A DNA stretch of 64,000 nucleotides from a virus: the IMG/VR virus record IMGVR_UViG_3300008111_000001; one strand, 5' to 3'. The number at the start of each line of letters is the position of its first letter. The stretch's first letter is position 1. The position numbers and the translations under genes are program-made. Shown piece after piece: positions 37,269-47,116 of the stretch. The notes under the pieces were generated by a model. That model ran no database searches and was not told the origin of the DNA. It worked only from the letters and a program-made list of their open reading frames with translations.

Positions 37269-38834
37269 ATGCCTTTGACAAACTTAGATGAAGTAAAGCA
37301 ATATTATCCAAAGGGCTATTCAGCCCCAAATATGAGTGGAAACAATGCATTTGAATCTAATCACTTTGTCAACTCAAAAAATCAAGCACATGGAGTCAAT
37401 ACTAATCACGGATGGAAATTACACGCAGATCTTAAGGCGCAGCTCACGGAAGAAGAAGCTTACGCAAAGTTGGGATTAAAACTCAGGGATCCCTCAGGGG
37501 GGATAACGAAAGGCGTTGATGTTGTTGATCAAGAACTTTACTTGAATTTTGAGAAAAGAACAAGTGCTCTTGGAGTTAACCTTAGGAATATGAGTGAAAA
37601 AGATCGCCAAAAATGGTTGTATAAATTCCTCCTAAACGGAGGTAGAGAGAATATTGATGATGTAGCAAAATTTGTTGATCCTAATGATACTTTGAGATTA
37701 GTTGAACTACTAGGAGAAAATGATATAGGATTTAAAACAAGCTCAAGCTATGGATCAGGACGGCACTTTACCTTCTATGCTCAATCCATAGAAGAAAGAG
37801 ATAGGATTATTGGCGCCTTAGAAGGAAGCGATATCGCTGATCGTCTCGAGGATCAATATGATCCTAATTATCGCAAAACAATAAGAGAAGGCGTTGAAGA
37901 AAAAAATGCCCCCATTTCTCAGAAAACAAGTGGTAGATTCACCACAGATTATCTTAATCCACATTACGTTGATGATAGTGGGCGTCCATATTTAGATTTA
38001 CAGCATGATTCTGAAAGTTTGGAAATAAAAGATCAACCAGGAAGAACTCCCGCCAATCCAGCACAAGTGGAAGAAAATAAAAAGCTGCTGATCAAAGGCA
38101 CTCTTGACACAAAGGATATGGAGGCAGTTGAGCAGGTGAAAAACAATTTTCCAGAAATGGATGAACTCTTACGCGGTAAACCTGGTTACACTACCCCATA
38201 TTCAACAATTGAAGATCAAATAGCATGGCGACAAGCAAATGGAGTAATGGGGTATGATGAACATGAATTTATAAAGCCACGTCCTACGGCAACTACCGGC
38301 CCAACTCCAGGCTCCGTTCCTTCTCAGCCTACGGTGACTACCGGTGAAACTCCAGGCGCAGGTGGGCCACGTCCTACGGCAACTACCGGCCCAACTCCAG
38401 GCTCCGTTCCTTCTCAGCCTACGGTGACTACCGGTGAAACTCCAGGTAGAAAACCAGTTGGCAGACCGGTTACCACTGCAAATACGCCATCGCCACCACC
38501 TACAGCAACTCAAGCTAGAGAAACAGCAGAAAAAGTTACTAAGTCTGGTAACGCAACACCCCCACCAAAAGCAACAATACAGTCTACCGCCCCAACGCCA
38601 TCAAGACCATCTAGTGGAGCTCCAGTTAAATCCCCAGGCAGACTTAGAACTGCAGCCGATGATTTATCTGCTGCGGTCACACAAGGTCCAAATGGTGCTA
38701 GAAATCTTAAAATGTTAGGAATAGCTGGAGCTCTTGGAGTTGCGGGATTTGGAGTGTCTCGTTTTAGAGGCTCTGCTCAAGACGATGAAGAAACTAGAAG
38801 AAGATTAGAGATGCAAAGAAGGGGCACAATGTAG
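37269..38834 (+). CDS. 521-aa protein: lyase-motif N-terminal domain, Pro/Thr-rich linker, C-terminal hydrophobic helix
   Basis: GWKLH...GFKT...HFTFY motifs; low-complexity PT region with an internal duplication; MLGIAGALGVAGFGV near the C-terminus. Confidence 0.75.
   Translation: MPLTNLDEVKQYYPKGYSAPNMSGNNAFESNHFVNSKNQAHGVNTNHGWKLHADLKAQLTEEEAYAKLGLKLRDPSGGITKGVDVVDQELYLNFEKRTSALGVNLRNMSEKDRQKWLYKFLLNGGRENIDDVAKFVDPNDTLRLVELLGENDIGFKTSSSYGSGRHFTFYAQSIEERDRIIGALEGSDIADRLEDQYDPNYRKTIREGVEEKNAPISQKTSGRFTTDYLNPHYVDDSGRPYLDLQHDSESLEIKDQPGRTPANPAQVEENKKLLIKGTLDTKDMEAVEQVKNNFPEMDELLRGKPGYTTPYSTIEDQIAWRQANGVMGYDEHEFIKPRPTATTGPTPGSVPSQPTVTTGETPGAGGPRPTATTGPTPGSVPSQPTVTTGETPGRKPVGRPVTTANTPSPPPTATQARETAEKVTKSGNATPPPKATIQSTAPTPSRPSSGAPVKSPGRLRTAADDLSAAVTQGPNGARNLKMLGIAGALGVAGFGVSRFRGSAQDDEETRRRLEMQRRGTM
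38276..38446 (+). repeat. Direct repeat: two identical 81-bp copies, period 90 bp
   Basis: 38276-38356 equals 38366-38446, encoding RPTATTGPTPGSVPSQPTVTTGETPG. Confidence 0.95.
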
Positions 38835-38880
38835 TAATATATTGTTACTATATTTTTATGCAAAAGATCGGAGAATAATA

Positions 38881-39204
38881 ATGTCTATTTATTGGTTAGC
38901 AGAATTTTTAGAAGAAATGGATCAAAAGCTTGCTCCAGCAGAGGCTGAGTATGTAAACGCCATGATAGGTATTGTGGGCAAGTATGGAAAGCTAGCCAAT
39001 GATGATGGCAATGGCATTTGGGTTGGGTATGTCCCAGGTATTGAAAATGATAATCTTCCCATAGGGGTTAAGTGTGGTAATTGCGCATTTTATGAGGGTA
39101 ATGGCATGTGCAAAATTGTCGCTCAAACTGTCGAAGAGAACGGGTATTGCAGACTTGCTGCAATTTGGCAAGGCGCTGTGAATGGCGGTTCCAAGGATGA
39201 GTAA
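38881..39204 (+). CDS. HiPIP-like 4-Cys protein, copy 1
   Basis: KCGNCAFYEGNGMCKIVAQTVEENGYCRL; ATG 38881 is the likely start. Confidence 0.65.
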   Translation: MSIYWLAEFLEEMDQKLAPAEAEYVNAMIGIVGKYGKLANDDGNGIWVGYVPGIENDNLPIGVKCGNCAFYEGNGMCKIVAQTVEENGYCRLAAIWQGAVNGGSKDE

Positions 39205-39571
39205 TTATTGGCTATCAGAATACTCAAGCGGCGATGATGAGGAAATGCCGGAAGATGAAATGCCCGAAGAAGAACCTGAGGACGAAGAGGATCCAGATGA
39301 TCCTGAAGAAAAATTAAATCCTCGTCAAAAAATGATGTATGATCATTATGAACATTTGGTAGAAATGTTTGGTAAATTTGATCAAACAGCCAAAGCAAAT
39401 GGTGCGCACTATGCTCCTGCTAAATTAAATCCTTTTATTAAAGAAGGTATGATTTGTTCTAACTGTGTGTTCTTTATGGGCGGACAGGGATGCGAAATTG
39501 TAGCTGGAAAAATAGAACCTAACGCTATATGTAAGTTATGGATTATTCCTGAAGATCTTATTGTAAAATAA
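39197..39571 (+). CDS. HiPIP-like 4-Cys protein, copy 2, with an acidic N-terminal linker
   Basis: CSNCVFFMGGQGCEIVAGKIEPNAICKLWII; the N-terminus MSNYWLSE matches MSIYWLAE of copy 1. Confidence 0.65.
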   Translation: MSNYWLSEYSSGDDEEMPEDEMPEEEPEDEEDPDDPEEKLNPRQKMMYDHYEHLVEMFGKFDQTAKANGAHYAPAKLNPFIKEGMICSNCVFFMGGQGCEIVAGKIEPNAICKLWIIPEDLIVK

Positions 39572-39573
39572 AA

Positions 39574-39762
39574 TCAATCAGAGTCATCCATTTCCTTTTT
39601 AATAACAGCGCCAAATAAAACTATAATTAAAGTAGCTACGCTAATCTTTATACCCCAAGATTGAACATCTCCAGACAAAGTGATGAGAACTAGTATTGTT
39701 CCAGCTATTGTCCAAGCTTGTTCGTAAAGTGCAGCTATTAATTTCTTTAAAAATTTCTTCAT
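39574..39762 (-). CDS. Two-TM small membrane protein
   Basis: AWTIAGTILVLITLSG...ISVATLIIVLF; AGGGAG SD; lies directly downstream of the large surface protein. Confidence 0.7.
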   Translation of the reverse strand: MKKFLKKLIAALYEQAWTIAGTILVLITLSGDVQSWGIKISVATLIIVLFGAVIKKEMDDSD

Positions 39763-39778
39763 TATATCTCCCTGTTTA

Positions 39779-42217
39779 TTATCTTCTTCTTGAAGCTCCA
39801 GCTACTGGAGCAACTGCTATGACTGCACCAGCAGCTATAACGGCTCTTCTTTGTCCTACGTTTATATTTGAACCTAGTGGGACATAAGTGTTTAGACTTC
39901 CTGAACCAAATATATTTATTTCTTCTTCAAATGAAGAACGGACTTCAGTTGGAGCATCTTGCACCGCAGCAATAATTTCCAAAGCTTGCTCTTCTGTTAT
40001 TTCTTCTATGGGGATCTCAGCAAAAATTTCTGCTGCCTGTTCTCCATCGATAGATGATAGTACCTCTGCGCTGGTCGCAATCTCAGTTGCTTGCTCCTCT
40101 GTTATTCCATTTTCTATAATTGCATCGACAGCTTCTTGGACTTGCTCATCAGTAACTGTGTCACTACTTAACGCGTCAACTAGATTTTCGAATTGTTCGT
40201 CACTTAATGGTTGATCCAAAACGGCATCAATGACTGCAGTAAATTCTTCATCACTCAGTGGTTCTTCGAACACGGTATCCAAGACTTCAGCAAAGGCTTC
40301 GTCACTTAGTTCTTCTGCGAATACTTGATCAATAACTTCGGTGAATTGTTCTTCCGAAAGGTCTCCTGATAATAATTCTGTAGCAGCTGCAACTAATTCT
40401 TCTTCACTGTCAGCTGAAGTTAGTATTTCGTCTACGGCATTAGCAAATTCTTCTTCAGTTAAATCACCAGATAAAATTTCATCTACTTGATTTTGTATGT
40501 CTTCTGGAACTGTTTCTTCAGGTTGGGTATCTTCTGGTGTGTTAGGCTCTGGTTCTACTATTTCTGGTTCAGTTGTTGGTGGATCAGTGTCTGGTGGTAT
40601 AACGACTGGAGGAGTTGTTTCTGGTTCAGTCACTGGTGGTTCAACTATTTCTGGTTCAGTTGTTGTAGTTGTTTCCGGTTCTGTTGTTGGTGGTTCTGTT
40701 GTTGTAGGTCCAGTCGTTGTGGGCACTGTTGGCATGGAAATTAAAACTTCAGCAACAGATGCTGTCTGTGAGTACACGCCAAACGTGTCATTGTCTGCTC
40801 TTACTGAGATCGTGTATTCAACATCAAGTCCACCAGTAGATTGAAATAATGAATAATTTAAAATAATTGAAGTATTTAATGCAGTCTGATCGCCCACATT
40901 ACCAGTAGCAACACCCCAACCAGAAGTGCCATTACTCCAAGAAACTGCATATCTTTCAGGGGACACTCCAACATTATCATCTGCTGCCTCCCAGCTTATG
41001 AGTAAGCCATCTTCGGTGAGCAAGGTGGTTAGATTGGCGGGCTGCCCAAGAAACTTTGGTAGTGTAGTGGTTGTGGTAGTAGTTGTGGTGGGCGTTGATG
41101 TTCCAAATATCTTAATATTAAATCCACACCATTCGCTATTCCAGTTGCTCATGGTTACTCCATTGCTAGTGCCGCCAATGTAAGAAGGGTAGTTATTAAC
41201 ATCATACGGTTCCAGCCATGCGCTTTGCCCAGGTTCAATGAGTCCGGCAAAAACTGCTGCAGCGCCAAAGTTTGAGTCATCTGTAAACGGTCCACTTCCC
41301 CATCCACCACCATTTATTGTACCCGTTACATAAATGGGTGAATATGGCCCACAACCTCCACCACTATAACTTCCCTGAGGAATGGTTGTGGTTGTAGTAG
41401 TTGTAGTTGGAGTAGGCGCTGAATATGTAGCAGTGACCGAAAGCCATTTACCGGTGCCTGGACATGGATCACCAAAAACGCTATTGTTCGCACCAATAAC
41501 TAGAGTATTTTGTCCAAGAAATTGTGCCTGCTGTTCACCACTTAACGTTGCATGGCAACTTTGATTTACTGCATAGTTTTCATTTTCGCCAGTTGGAGTT
41601 CCATAGGACATAAATGTTATGCCAGTAAACACTGATCCTTCTGGCGCCTCTAGTGTTAATATTTGGTTTTCCCAAACTTTTGCGAACATAGAAAGTTCAG
41701 TTGTTGTTGCTATGAGTGATGCATTTTTAATTACTGGCCCATAGCATCCAGCCCAAAAAAGAGAGTCTACGCCAGAAAAAGTAACAGTAACCAGTTCATT
41801 TTGTTCTGTTGTTGTTATTTGTAGAGTAGAAGCTTGAATCACTCCGGCGGTTAATACTCCGGTAGTATCTGACTCATTGGAGTCAGACAGGGTGGCACTG
41901 TATGTTCCACCCCATTCACTACTAGCAAGAAATGATAGTTCTAAATTGGATGGAGAAGGAACAATAACCTGTTGTGTTACAGAGTTTTGGACATAACTAA
42001 ATGTTAATTGAGAAGCCGCCCAAAGCCCTAAGCTTGGAGAGCCACCAGAACATCCTGCTCCGCCGTTGGCTCCGGTCCACCCCCCACCATTTGCTGAAAA
42101 ATTTCCATTAATTAAAATGTTTTCCGATGTCGCCCTAACATTCATTGGTGCAAAGAATCCAACAATAGCAATACAAACTGTTGATAATCTAAGTAAATTG
42201 CCAATAAAATTCCGCAT
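39779..42217 (-). CDS. Secreted multidomain surface/adhesin-like protein (carbohydrate-binding, SUEL-type lectin, LCCL, FN3-like, acidic repeats)
   Basis: Signal peptide; FMSYGTPTG..SCHA...ANNSVFGDPCPGTGKWLSV (SUEL/Gal_lectin); GWGSGPFTDDSNFGAAAVFAGLI...YIGGTSNGVTM (LCCL); poly-Thr linkers; PE/PT stalk. Confidence 0.8.
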   Translation of the reverse strand: MRNFIGNLLRLSTVCIAIVGFFAPMNVRATSENILINGNFSANGGGWTGANGGAGCSGGSPSLGLWAASQLTFSYVQNSVTQQVIVPSPSNLELSFLASSEWGGTYSATLSDSNESDTTGVLTAGVIQASTLQITTTEQNELVTVTFSGVDSLFWAGCYGPVIKNASLIATTTELSMFAKVWENQILTLEAPEGSVFTGITFMSYGTPTGENENYAVNQSCHATLSGEQQAQFLGQNTLVIGANNSVFGDPCPGTGKWLSVTATYSAPTPTTTTTTTTIPQGSYSGGGCGPYSPIYVTGTINGGGWGSGPFTDDSNFGAAAVFAGLIEPGQSAWLEPYDVNNYPSYIGGTSNGVTMSNWNSEWCGFNIKIFGTSTPTTTTTTTTTLPKFLGQPANLTTLLTEDGLLISWEAADDNVGVSPERYAVSWSNGTSGWGVATGNVGDQTALNTSIILNYSLFQSTGGLDVEYTISVRADNDTFGVYSQTASVAEVLISMPTVPTTTGPTTTEPPTTEPETTTTTEPEIVEPPVTEPETTPPVVIPPDTDPPTTEPEIVEPEPNTPEDTQPEETVPEDIQNQVDEILSGDLTEEEFANAVDEILTSADSEEELVAAATELLSGDLSEEQFTEVIDQVFAEELSDEAFAEVLDTVFEEPLSDEEFTAVIDAVLDQPLSDEQFENLVDALSSDTVTDEQVQEAVDAIIENGITEEQATEIATSAEVLSSIDGEQAAEIFAEIPIEEITEEQALEIIAAVQDAPTEVRSSFEEEINIFGSGSLNTYVPLGSNINVGQRRAVIAAGAVIAVAPVAGASRRR
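40076..40483 (-). repeat. Eight degenerate 17-aa acidic helical repeats (51-bp period)
   Basis: DEILSGDLTEEEFANAV / DEILTSADSEEELVAAA / TELLSGDLSEEQFTEVI / DQVFAEELSDEAFAEVL / DTVFEEPLSDEEFTAVI / DAVLDQPLSDEQFENLV / ... Confidence 0.85.
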
Positions 42218-42241
42218 ATAAGACTCCCATCCACTATTAAA

Positions 42242-42309
42242 ATAGTAAGACTTAACTACTTAAATCAAATCAGCTTTAACTAGCGCAAACATAAAAAATA
42301 TGTTACTAT
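42242..42309. promoter_or_regulatory. Divergent pair of TTACTAT promoter-like motifs
   Basis: ATAGTAA at 42242-42248 (minus strand, towards the surface protein) and TTACTAT at 42303-42309 (plus strand, towards the tail fibre). Confidence 0.55.
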
Positions 42310-42354
42310 TGTTGTATAAAGCGCTTACTTTATCTATGTTTATAGAGGTTTTTA

Positions 42355-45300
42355 ATGGCCAATACTCTTGTTCTAAAAAATTCAGGTACCTCTACGTCCG
42401 TACCCTCCAGTTTAACTCATGGTGAAATAGCAATAAACTATAACGATGGAAAAATATTTTATAAAAACGCTTCCAATACTATAGTTACTGCAAAATTAAT
42501 TACTGGAATTACTGGAACAACAGATCAGATTACTGTTACTGAAACCTCTGGTTCTTTTGCGATTAGTTTACCTTCGACAGTTAAATTAACTACTTTATTT
42601 ATTGATAATATAGAAGTAGATACAACTGGTGCAACTAATGGTCAAGCATTAGTTTATAATGGTACAAAATTTGCACCGGCAACAGCAACTGGCCCTCAGG
42701 GAGCACAAGGAGCACAAGGGGCTCAGGGTCCACAAGGCTCCGCTGGGGCACAGGGTCCCCAGGGGGACGCTGGTCCACAGGGCGCTACAGGTGCCCAGGG
42801 GGCAACTGGCCCACAAGGAGATGTGGGCCCCCAAGGCGCTACAGGTGCCCAAGGCGCTACAGGTGCACAGGGACCACAGGGTGACACCGGCCCTCAGGGA
42901 GCTCAAGGTGCTCAAGGCCCCCAGGGTGCTAGTGGTGTAGCTGGAGCATTGAATGATTTATCTGATGCTGTTATTACGTCTCCTGAAGAGTTCCAAGGTC
43001 TTTCTTATAATGGCTCATCATGGGTAAACAGTCATCAGCCGTTGGTGTCATATGTCCGTAACGCAGAATCCACAACCATTACGACCGGTACTTGCGTTTA
43101 TCTATTTGGCGCCACAGGAGACCATGCCACAGTAAAAAGGGCTGATAACAACAGTGATACTACTTCGGCAAAAACTGTTGGTATAGCCGGTGCTAACATT
43201 ACCGCTGGCAACAACGGACCTGTTATTACCCGTGGCTATGTTGATGGTATTGATCTTTCTGTTGGATATACGGCTGGCGATATCTTGTGGTTGGGAGAAA
43301 ATGGGGCATTTACTACTACTAAACCCAGCGCCCCTGACCATTTAGTTTTTATTGGTGTTGTTGTTCGAGCTACTAACAACGGTATTATCTACGTTGCTAC
43401 TCAAAACGGTTACGAACTTGATGAACTTCATGACGTAAGTTTGCCTTCACCTAACTCTGGGGAGTTTCTTAAGTACAACGGATCACTGTGGGTTGCTGAT
43501 GCTATTGATCTTGGAACCGATACAACCGGAAATTATATGGTTGATGTATCTGCTGGCACGGGAGTGTCAATAACGCATACGCCATCGGAAGGCAGCACTG
43601 CTACAATAGGTATTGGTCAAGCAGTAGGTACGACCGACAATCCAACTTTTGCTGGAGTCACAGCTGATGCCATTAGAATAGGTGTTACAGCATCTAATGA
43701 AATAGATACTTCGACTGGTAACTTAACAATTGATTCCGCCGGTGGCACAACAACAATTGATGATAATTTAATTGTATCAGGTGATCTCACAGTATCAGGC
43801 ACAACAACCACAATCAACAGCGAAACAATTAATTTAGCTGATAATATAATTACCCTTAACAGTAACTTTTCTACTGGCTCACCAACAGAAAATTCTGGCA
43901 TTGCGGTGTTGCGTGGATCATCTCCAACAGTTTCAATGCGTTGGAATGAAAGTCTAGACAGGTGGGAATATACTGAAGATGGCACAAACTTTGTTCAATT
44001 AGACGGAACTGGACCCCAGGGTGCTCAGGGTGCAACTGGCCCACAGGGCGATGTTGGTCCCCAAGGGTCAACTGGGGCAACTGGTTCGCAGGGTCCACAG
44101 GGAGCAATTGGAGCTACTGGCCCACAGGGTTCCCAGGGATCCACGGGATCTCAAGGTCCGCAAGGTGATACTGGTCCACAGGGAGCAACTGGAGCCCAAG
44201 GTGCTACCGGTGCCCAAGGGTCACAAGGAGATATTGGCCCCCAGGGCCCACAAGGCGCGCAAGGAGCTCAAGGGGCAACTGGTCCTCAAGGTCCCCAAGG
44301 TGATGTTGGCCCACAAGGAGCTACAGGAGCTCAGGGTTCAACGGGTCCACAAGGAGACATAGGACCCCAAGGAGCTCAAGGACCAATAGGTCCTCAAGGT
44401 TCTCAGGGAGCTACTGGAGCGCAAGGTCCGCAGGGTGCAACTGGCGCCCAAGGTGCAGTTGGCCCACAAGGTGACACTGGCGCCCAAGGCGCAACAGGTC
44501 CCCAGGGTTCCCAGGGAGACACTGGCCCCCAAGGTGCAACCGGTCCACAAGGAGCCACTGGCGCAACTGGATCACAAGGTTCCACAGGCGCCCAAGGAGC
44601 TCAAGGAGCCCAAGGCGCTGCCGGATTATCTTCCAGCTTCTACAACTATACTGCAAAAACTGGAACGACAAGTGGCAATCCTGGTTCTGGATATTTAATT
44701 TGGAATAATAATAGTCAAACAAGCGCAACACAAATAAATGTTAGTCATTTAGACAACTTGTCAAATGACGTTGATGTGTTCCTTTCTGTTATTAAATCTG
44801 GCGACACAATAATAATTCAGTCTGTTTCTGATTCAGATGATTATCAAAAATGGACAGTGTCTTCAACTATTACTGTTAATCCAAATAGTTATGTAGAAAT
44901 ACCAGTAAGTTTAATTACTTCTGGGGGAGACGGCACCACTGGTTTTGCAAATGATGCGGGGTTATTATTCATATTTTCCAGTATTGGCCCTCAAGGTGCT
45001 CAGGGAGCACAAGGCGCAACCGGAGCGCAAGGCGCTACTGGCTCTACTGGTCCTCAAGGCCCTCAAGGTGACGTTGGTCCCCAAGGGGCTACCGGAGCAC
45101 AGGGTTCCACCGGGGCACAGGGTGCCACTGGAGCACAAGGGGATACTGGTCCCCAGGGAGCAACTGGCCCCCAGGGATCAACTGGCCCTCAGGGTGATAT
45201 AGGCCCACAGGGAGCAACTGGCCCCCAGGGAGCAACCGGCCCACAAGGGGCAACTGGCCCGCAGGGAGCTCAGGGTGATACCGGTCCACAAGGAGCCACC

Positions 45301-46539
45301 GGCCCTCAAGGTGACACAGGTCCACAAGGAGCCGCCGGCCCTCAAGGTGCAACCGGCCCTCAGGGCGACATTGGTCCACAGGGGTCTACCGGCGCCCAAG
45401 GTGCAACCGGCGCCCAAGGTGCAACTGGCCCACAGGGAGCTACCGGTCCACAAGGAGATGTTGGTCCCCAAGGTGCTACAGGAGCTACTGGACCACAAGG
45501 AGATATGGGTCCTCAGGGTGCTACAGGAGCCACCGGTGCCCAAGGCCCCCAAGGTGCAACCGGCCCACAAGGAGCAACTGGCCCACAAGGAGCAACTGGA
45601 GCTCAGGGTGCAGAGGGTCCTCAAGGCTCCCAAGGCGCCCAAGGCGCCGAGGGACCTCAGGGCGCTCAAGGTGCAACAGGCCCAGTTGCAGGCTCCGCTA
45701 ATCAAGTCGTATACAAAGACGGGACAAATGCTGCCGCAGGCAGTGCAAACCTCACATTTGACGGAACTCGCTTAACTGCTGCAGCATTAACAGTAGATAC
45801 AAATACACTATATGTTGATGCAACAAATAATCGTGTTGGCGTAAATACAGCATCTCCAGCGACAGCTTTTGATGTTATTGGCACTGCGACCATTCGTACG
45901 GCAGCCACACAGGATGGCGTTGCACTTGCGGGTCGCGCTGGTGGTACGAGTACGTATGAAGTTACGCTAACTCCCACAACACTAACTGCAGATAGAACAC
46001 TAACTCTTCCAAATGCTTCTGGAACTGTAGCAACTACAGCAAATTTGGGGCTTGTATATATATCTAGCGGAACATTTTCTGGCGCTACACAAGTAAATTT
46101 GCAGTCTGTTTTTTCTGCTACTTACGAAAACTATCGACTAGTTTTAACTAACTTACAGGCAGCTAGCACAGACTTCTACCTATTCCTCATAAACATGCTA
46201 TCAAGCAGCACTGCAGCTACAACAAGTTACTATTATGCAATGCAAGGGTTGACTTTCGGTGGAACTACTGATAATTACACTGGACAGAACTCTTCACTTG
46301 GGGTTTGCGGCGCAATATCCAACTCCGACATTCACATAGTCATGGATATTTCTCGTCCGAATGTTGCCGATAGGACAATAATTTCAGCACATTGCGCATC
46401 AGCGTGGGGTAATTATACAGCGACTGTGCAGCATACAACGGCAAGTGCGTATGATGGAATACAATTAAATAATTTTAGACTTGGTTCTAGCTCAGTCAAT
46501 CTATCTGGAACCTGGAAACTTTATGGGTACACAAATTAA
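42355..46539 (+). CDS. Long tail fibre with three collagen-like blocks
   Basis: N-terminal [18 protein letters not shown] anchor domain; Gly-X-Y runs ([12 protein letters not shown]) at ~42691-42948, 44011-44625 and 44986-45695, separated by beta-rich modules. Confidence 0.9.
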   Translation: MANTLVLKNSGTSTSVPSSLTHGEIAINYNDGKIFYKNASNTIVTAKLITGITGTTDQITVTETSGSFAISLPSTVKLTTLFIDNIEVDTTGATNGQALVYNGTKFAPATATGPQGAQGAQGAQGPQGSAGAQGPQGDAGPQGATGAQGATGPQGDVGPQGATGAQGATGAQGPQGDTGPQGAQGAQGPQGASGVAGALNDLSDAVITSPEEFQGLSYNGSSWVNSHQPLVSYVRNAESTTITTGTCVYLFGATGDHATVKRADNNSDTTSAKTVGIAGANITAGNNGPVITRGYVDGIDLSVGYTAGDILWLGENGAFTTTKPSAPDHLVFIGVVVRATNNGIIYVATQNGYELDELHDVSLPSPNSGEFLKYNGSLWVADAIDLGTDTTGNYMVDVSAGTGVSITHTPSEGSTATIGIGQAVGTTDNPTFAGVTADAIRIGVTASNEIDTSTGNLTIDSAGGTTTIDDNLIVSGDLTVSGTTTTINSETINLADNIITLNSNFSTGSPTENSGIAVLRGSSPTVSMRWNESLDRWEYTEDGTNFVQLDGTGPQGAQGATGPQGDVGPQGSTGATGSQGPQGAIGATGPQGSQGSTGSQGPQGDTGPQGATGAQGATGAQGSQGDIGPQGPQGAQGAQGATGPQGPQGDVGPQGATGAQGSTGPQGDIGPQGAQGPIGPQGSQGATGAQGPQGATGAQGAVGPQGDTGAQGATGPQGSQGDTGPQGATGPQGATGATGSQGSTGAQGAQGAQGAAGLSSSFYNYTAKTGTTSGNPGSGYLIWNNNSQTSATQINVSHLDNLSNDVDVFLSVIKSGDTIIIQSVSDSDDYQKWTVSSTITVNPNSYVEIPVSLITSGGDGTTGFANDAGLLFIFSSIGPQGAQGAQGATGAQGATGSTGPQGPQGDVGPQGATGAQGSTGAQGATGAQGDTGPQGATGPQGSTGPQGDIGPQGATGPQGATGPQGATGPQGAQGDTGPQGATGPQGDTGPQGAAGPQGATGPQGDIGPQGSTGAQGATGAQGATGPQGATGPQGDVGPQGATGATGPQGDMGPQGATGATGAQGPQGATGPQGATGPQGATGAQGAEGPQGSQGAQGAEGPQGAQGATGPVAGSANQVVYKDGTNAAAGSANLTFDGTRLTAAALTVDTNTLYVDATNNRVGVNTASPATAFDVIGTATIRTAATQDGVALAGRAGGTSTYEVTLTPTTLTADRTLTLPNASGTVATTANLGLVYISSGTFSGATQVNLQSVFSATYENYRLVLTNLQAASTDFYLFLINMLSSSTAATTSYYYAMQGLTFGGTTDNYTGQNSSLGVCGAISNSDIHIVMDISRPNVADRTIISAHCASAWGNYTATVQHTTASAYDGIQLNNFRLGSSSVNLSGTWKLYGYTN
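42691..45695 (+). repeat. Collagen-like 9-bp-period coding repeats (three blocks)
   Basis: GGNCCNCAR/GGNGCNACN-type triplets with extensive synonymous variation and high local GC. Confidence 0.9.
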
Positions 46540-46551
46540 TAGGAGACAACA

Positions 46552-46737
46552 ATGCCAAGAGTAAGATATGTCTATGATGGCACAAATCAAACTGAAACAA
46601 CAGGTAATTTTAGTGCCGGAGAAGAAACAGCGCAAGATGCACAAGACGCTACTAATGAATCAACTTATAAAACTAATTCAAAAGCGGTTAGTCGCGATAT
46701 AGCTGACAATCGTAGATTTATTATGGAGGTAATTTAA
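46552..46737 (+). CDS. Small hypothetical protein in the fibre operon
   Basis: 61 aa; AGGAG SD; TAATG coupling to the next gene. Confidence 0.6.
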   Translation: MPRVRYVYDGTNQTETTGNFSAGEETAQDAQDATNESTYKTNSKAVSRDIADNRRFIMEVI

Positions 46738-47111
46738 TGCCTATTCAAATGAAGAGGTTATCTGGTCCAGACAATTTTGCCTCTGCAGATACCGAAGAAG
46801 ATTTATATACAGTTCCAAGAAATACCGGTTACACAACTACAACTGTTATTAAAGAAATTATCCTCTGCAATACCGCAGCTTCTGCTGCAACTGTCACTTT
46901 GTGGTTAAAGCCAAAAAATGTTACGGTTGCAACGGATCATGTATTTATCAATGCGCTTTCACTAGCGGCAAATGAAACTGTTACTTTATCTACATCTTTA
47001 ATATTAACAAATGATGATAATACGGCTGGAGATACATATTCTGATAAAATTCGTGGAAAAGCAAGTGCAACTACAGTAAACTATATAATAAATGGTTATG
47101 AAGAGTACTGA
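46737..47111 (+). CDS. Putative virion beta-sandwich protein
   Basis: TEEDLYTVP...TVIKEIILCNT..SAATVTLW...NETV, a small structural-gene pattern common in phages. Confidence 0.65.
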   Translation: MPIQMKRLSGPDNFASADTEEDLYTVPRNTGYTTTTVIKEIILCNTAASAATVTLWLKPKNVTVATDHVFINALSLAANETVTLSTSLILTNDDNTAGDTYSDKIRGKASATTVNYIINGYEEY

Positions 47112-47116
47112 TATTT

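Noticed and set aside
39888-41564. Plus-strand ORFs opposite the surface-protein gene
   Set aside because: They are shadow ORFs of low-complexity Thr/Glu/Pro codons (poly-Val, Cys/Trp/Phe-rich).
42649-45977. Many alternative-frame and antisense ORFs over the tail fibre
   Set aside because: They are by-products of the GC-rich 9-bp collagen periodicity and have no SD or recognisable motifs.
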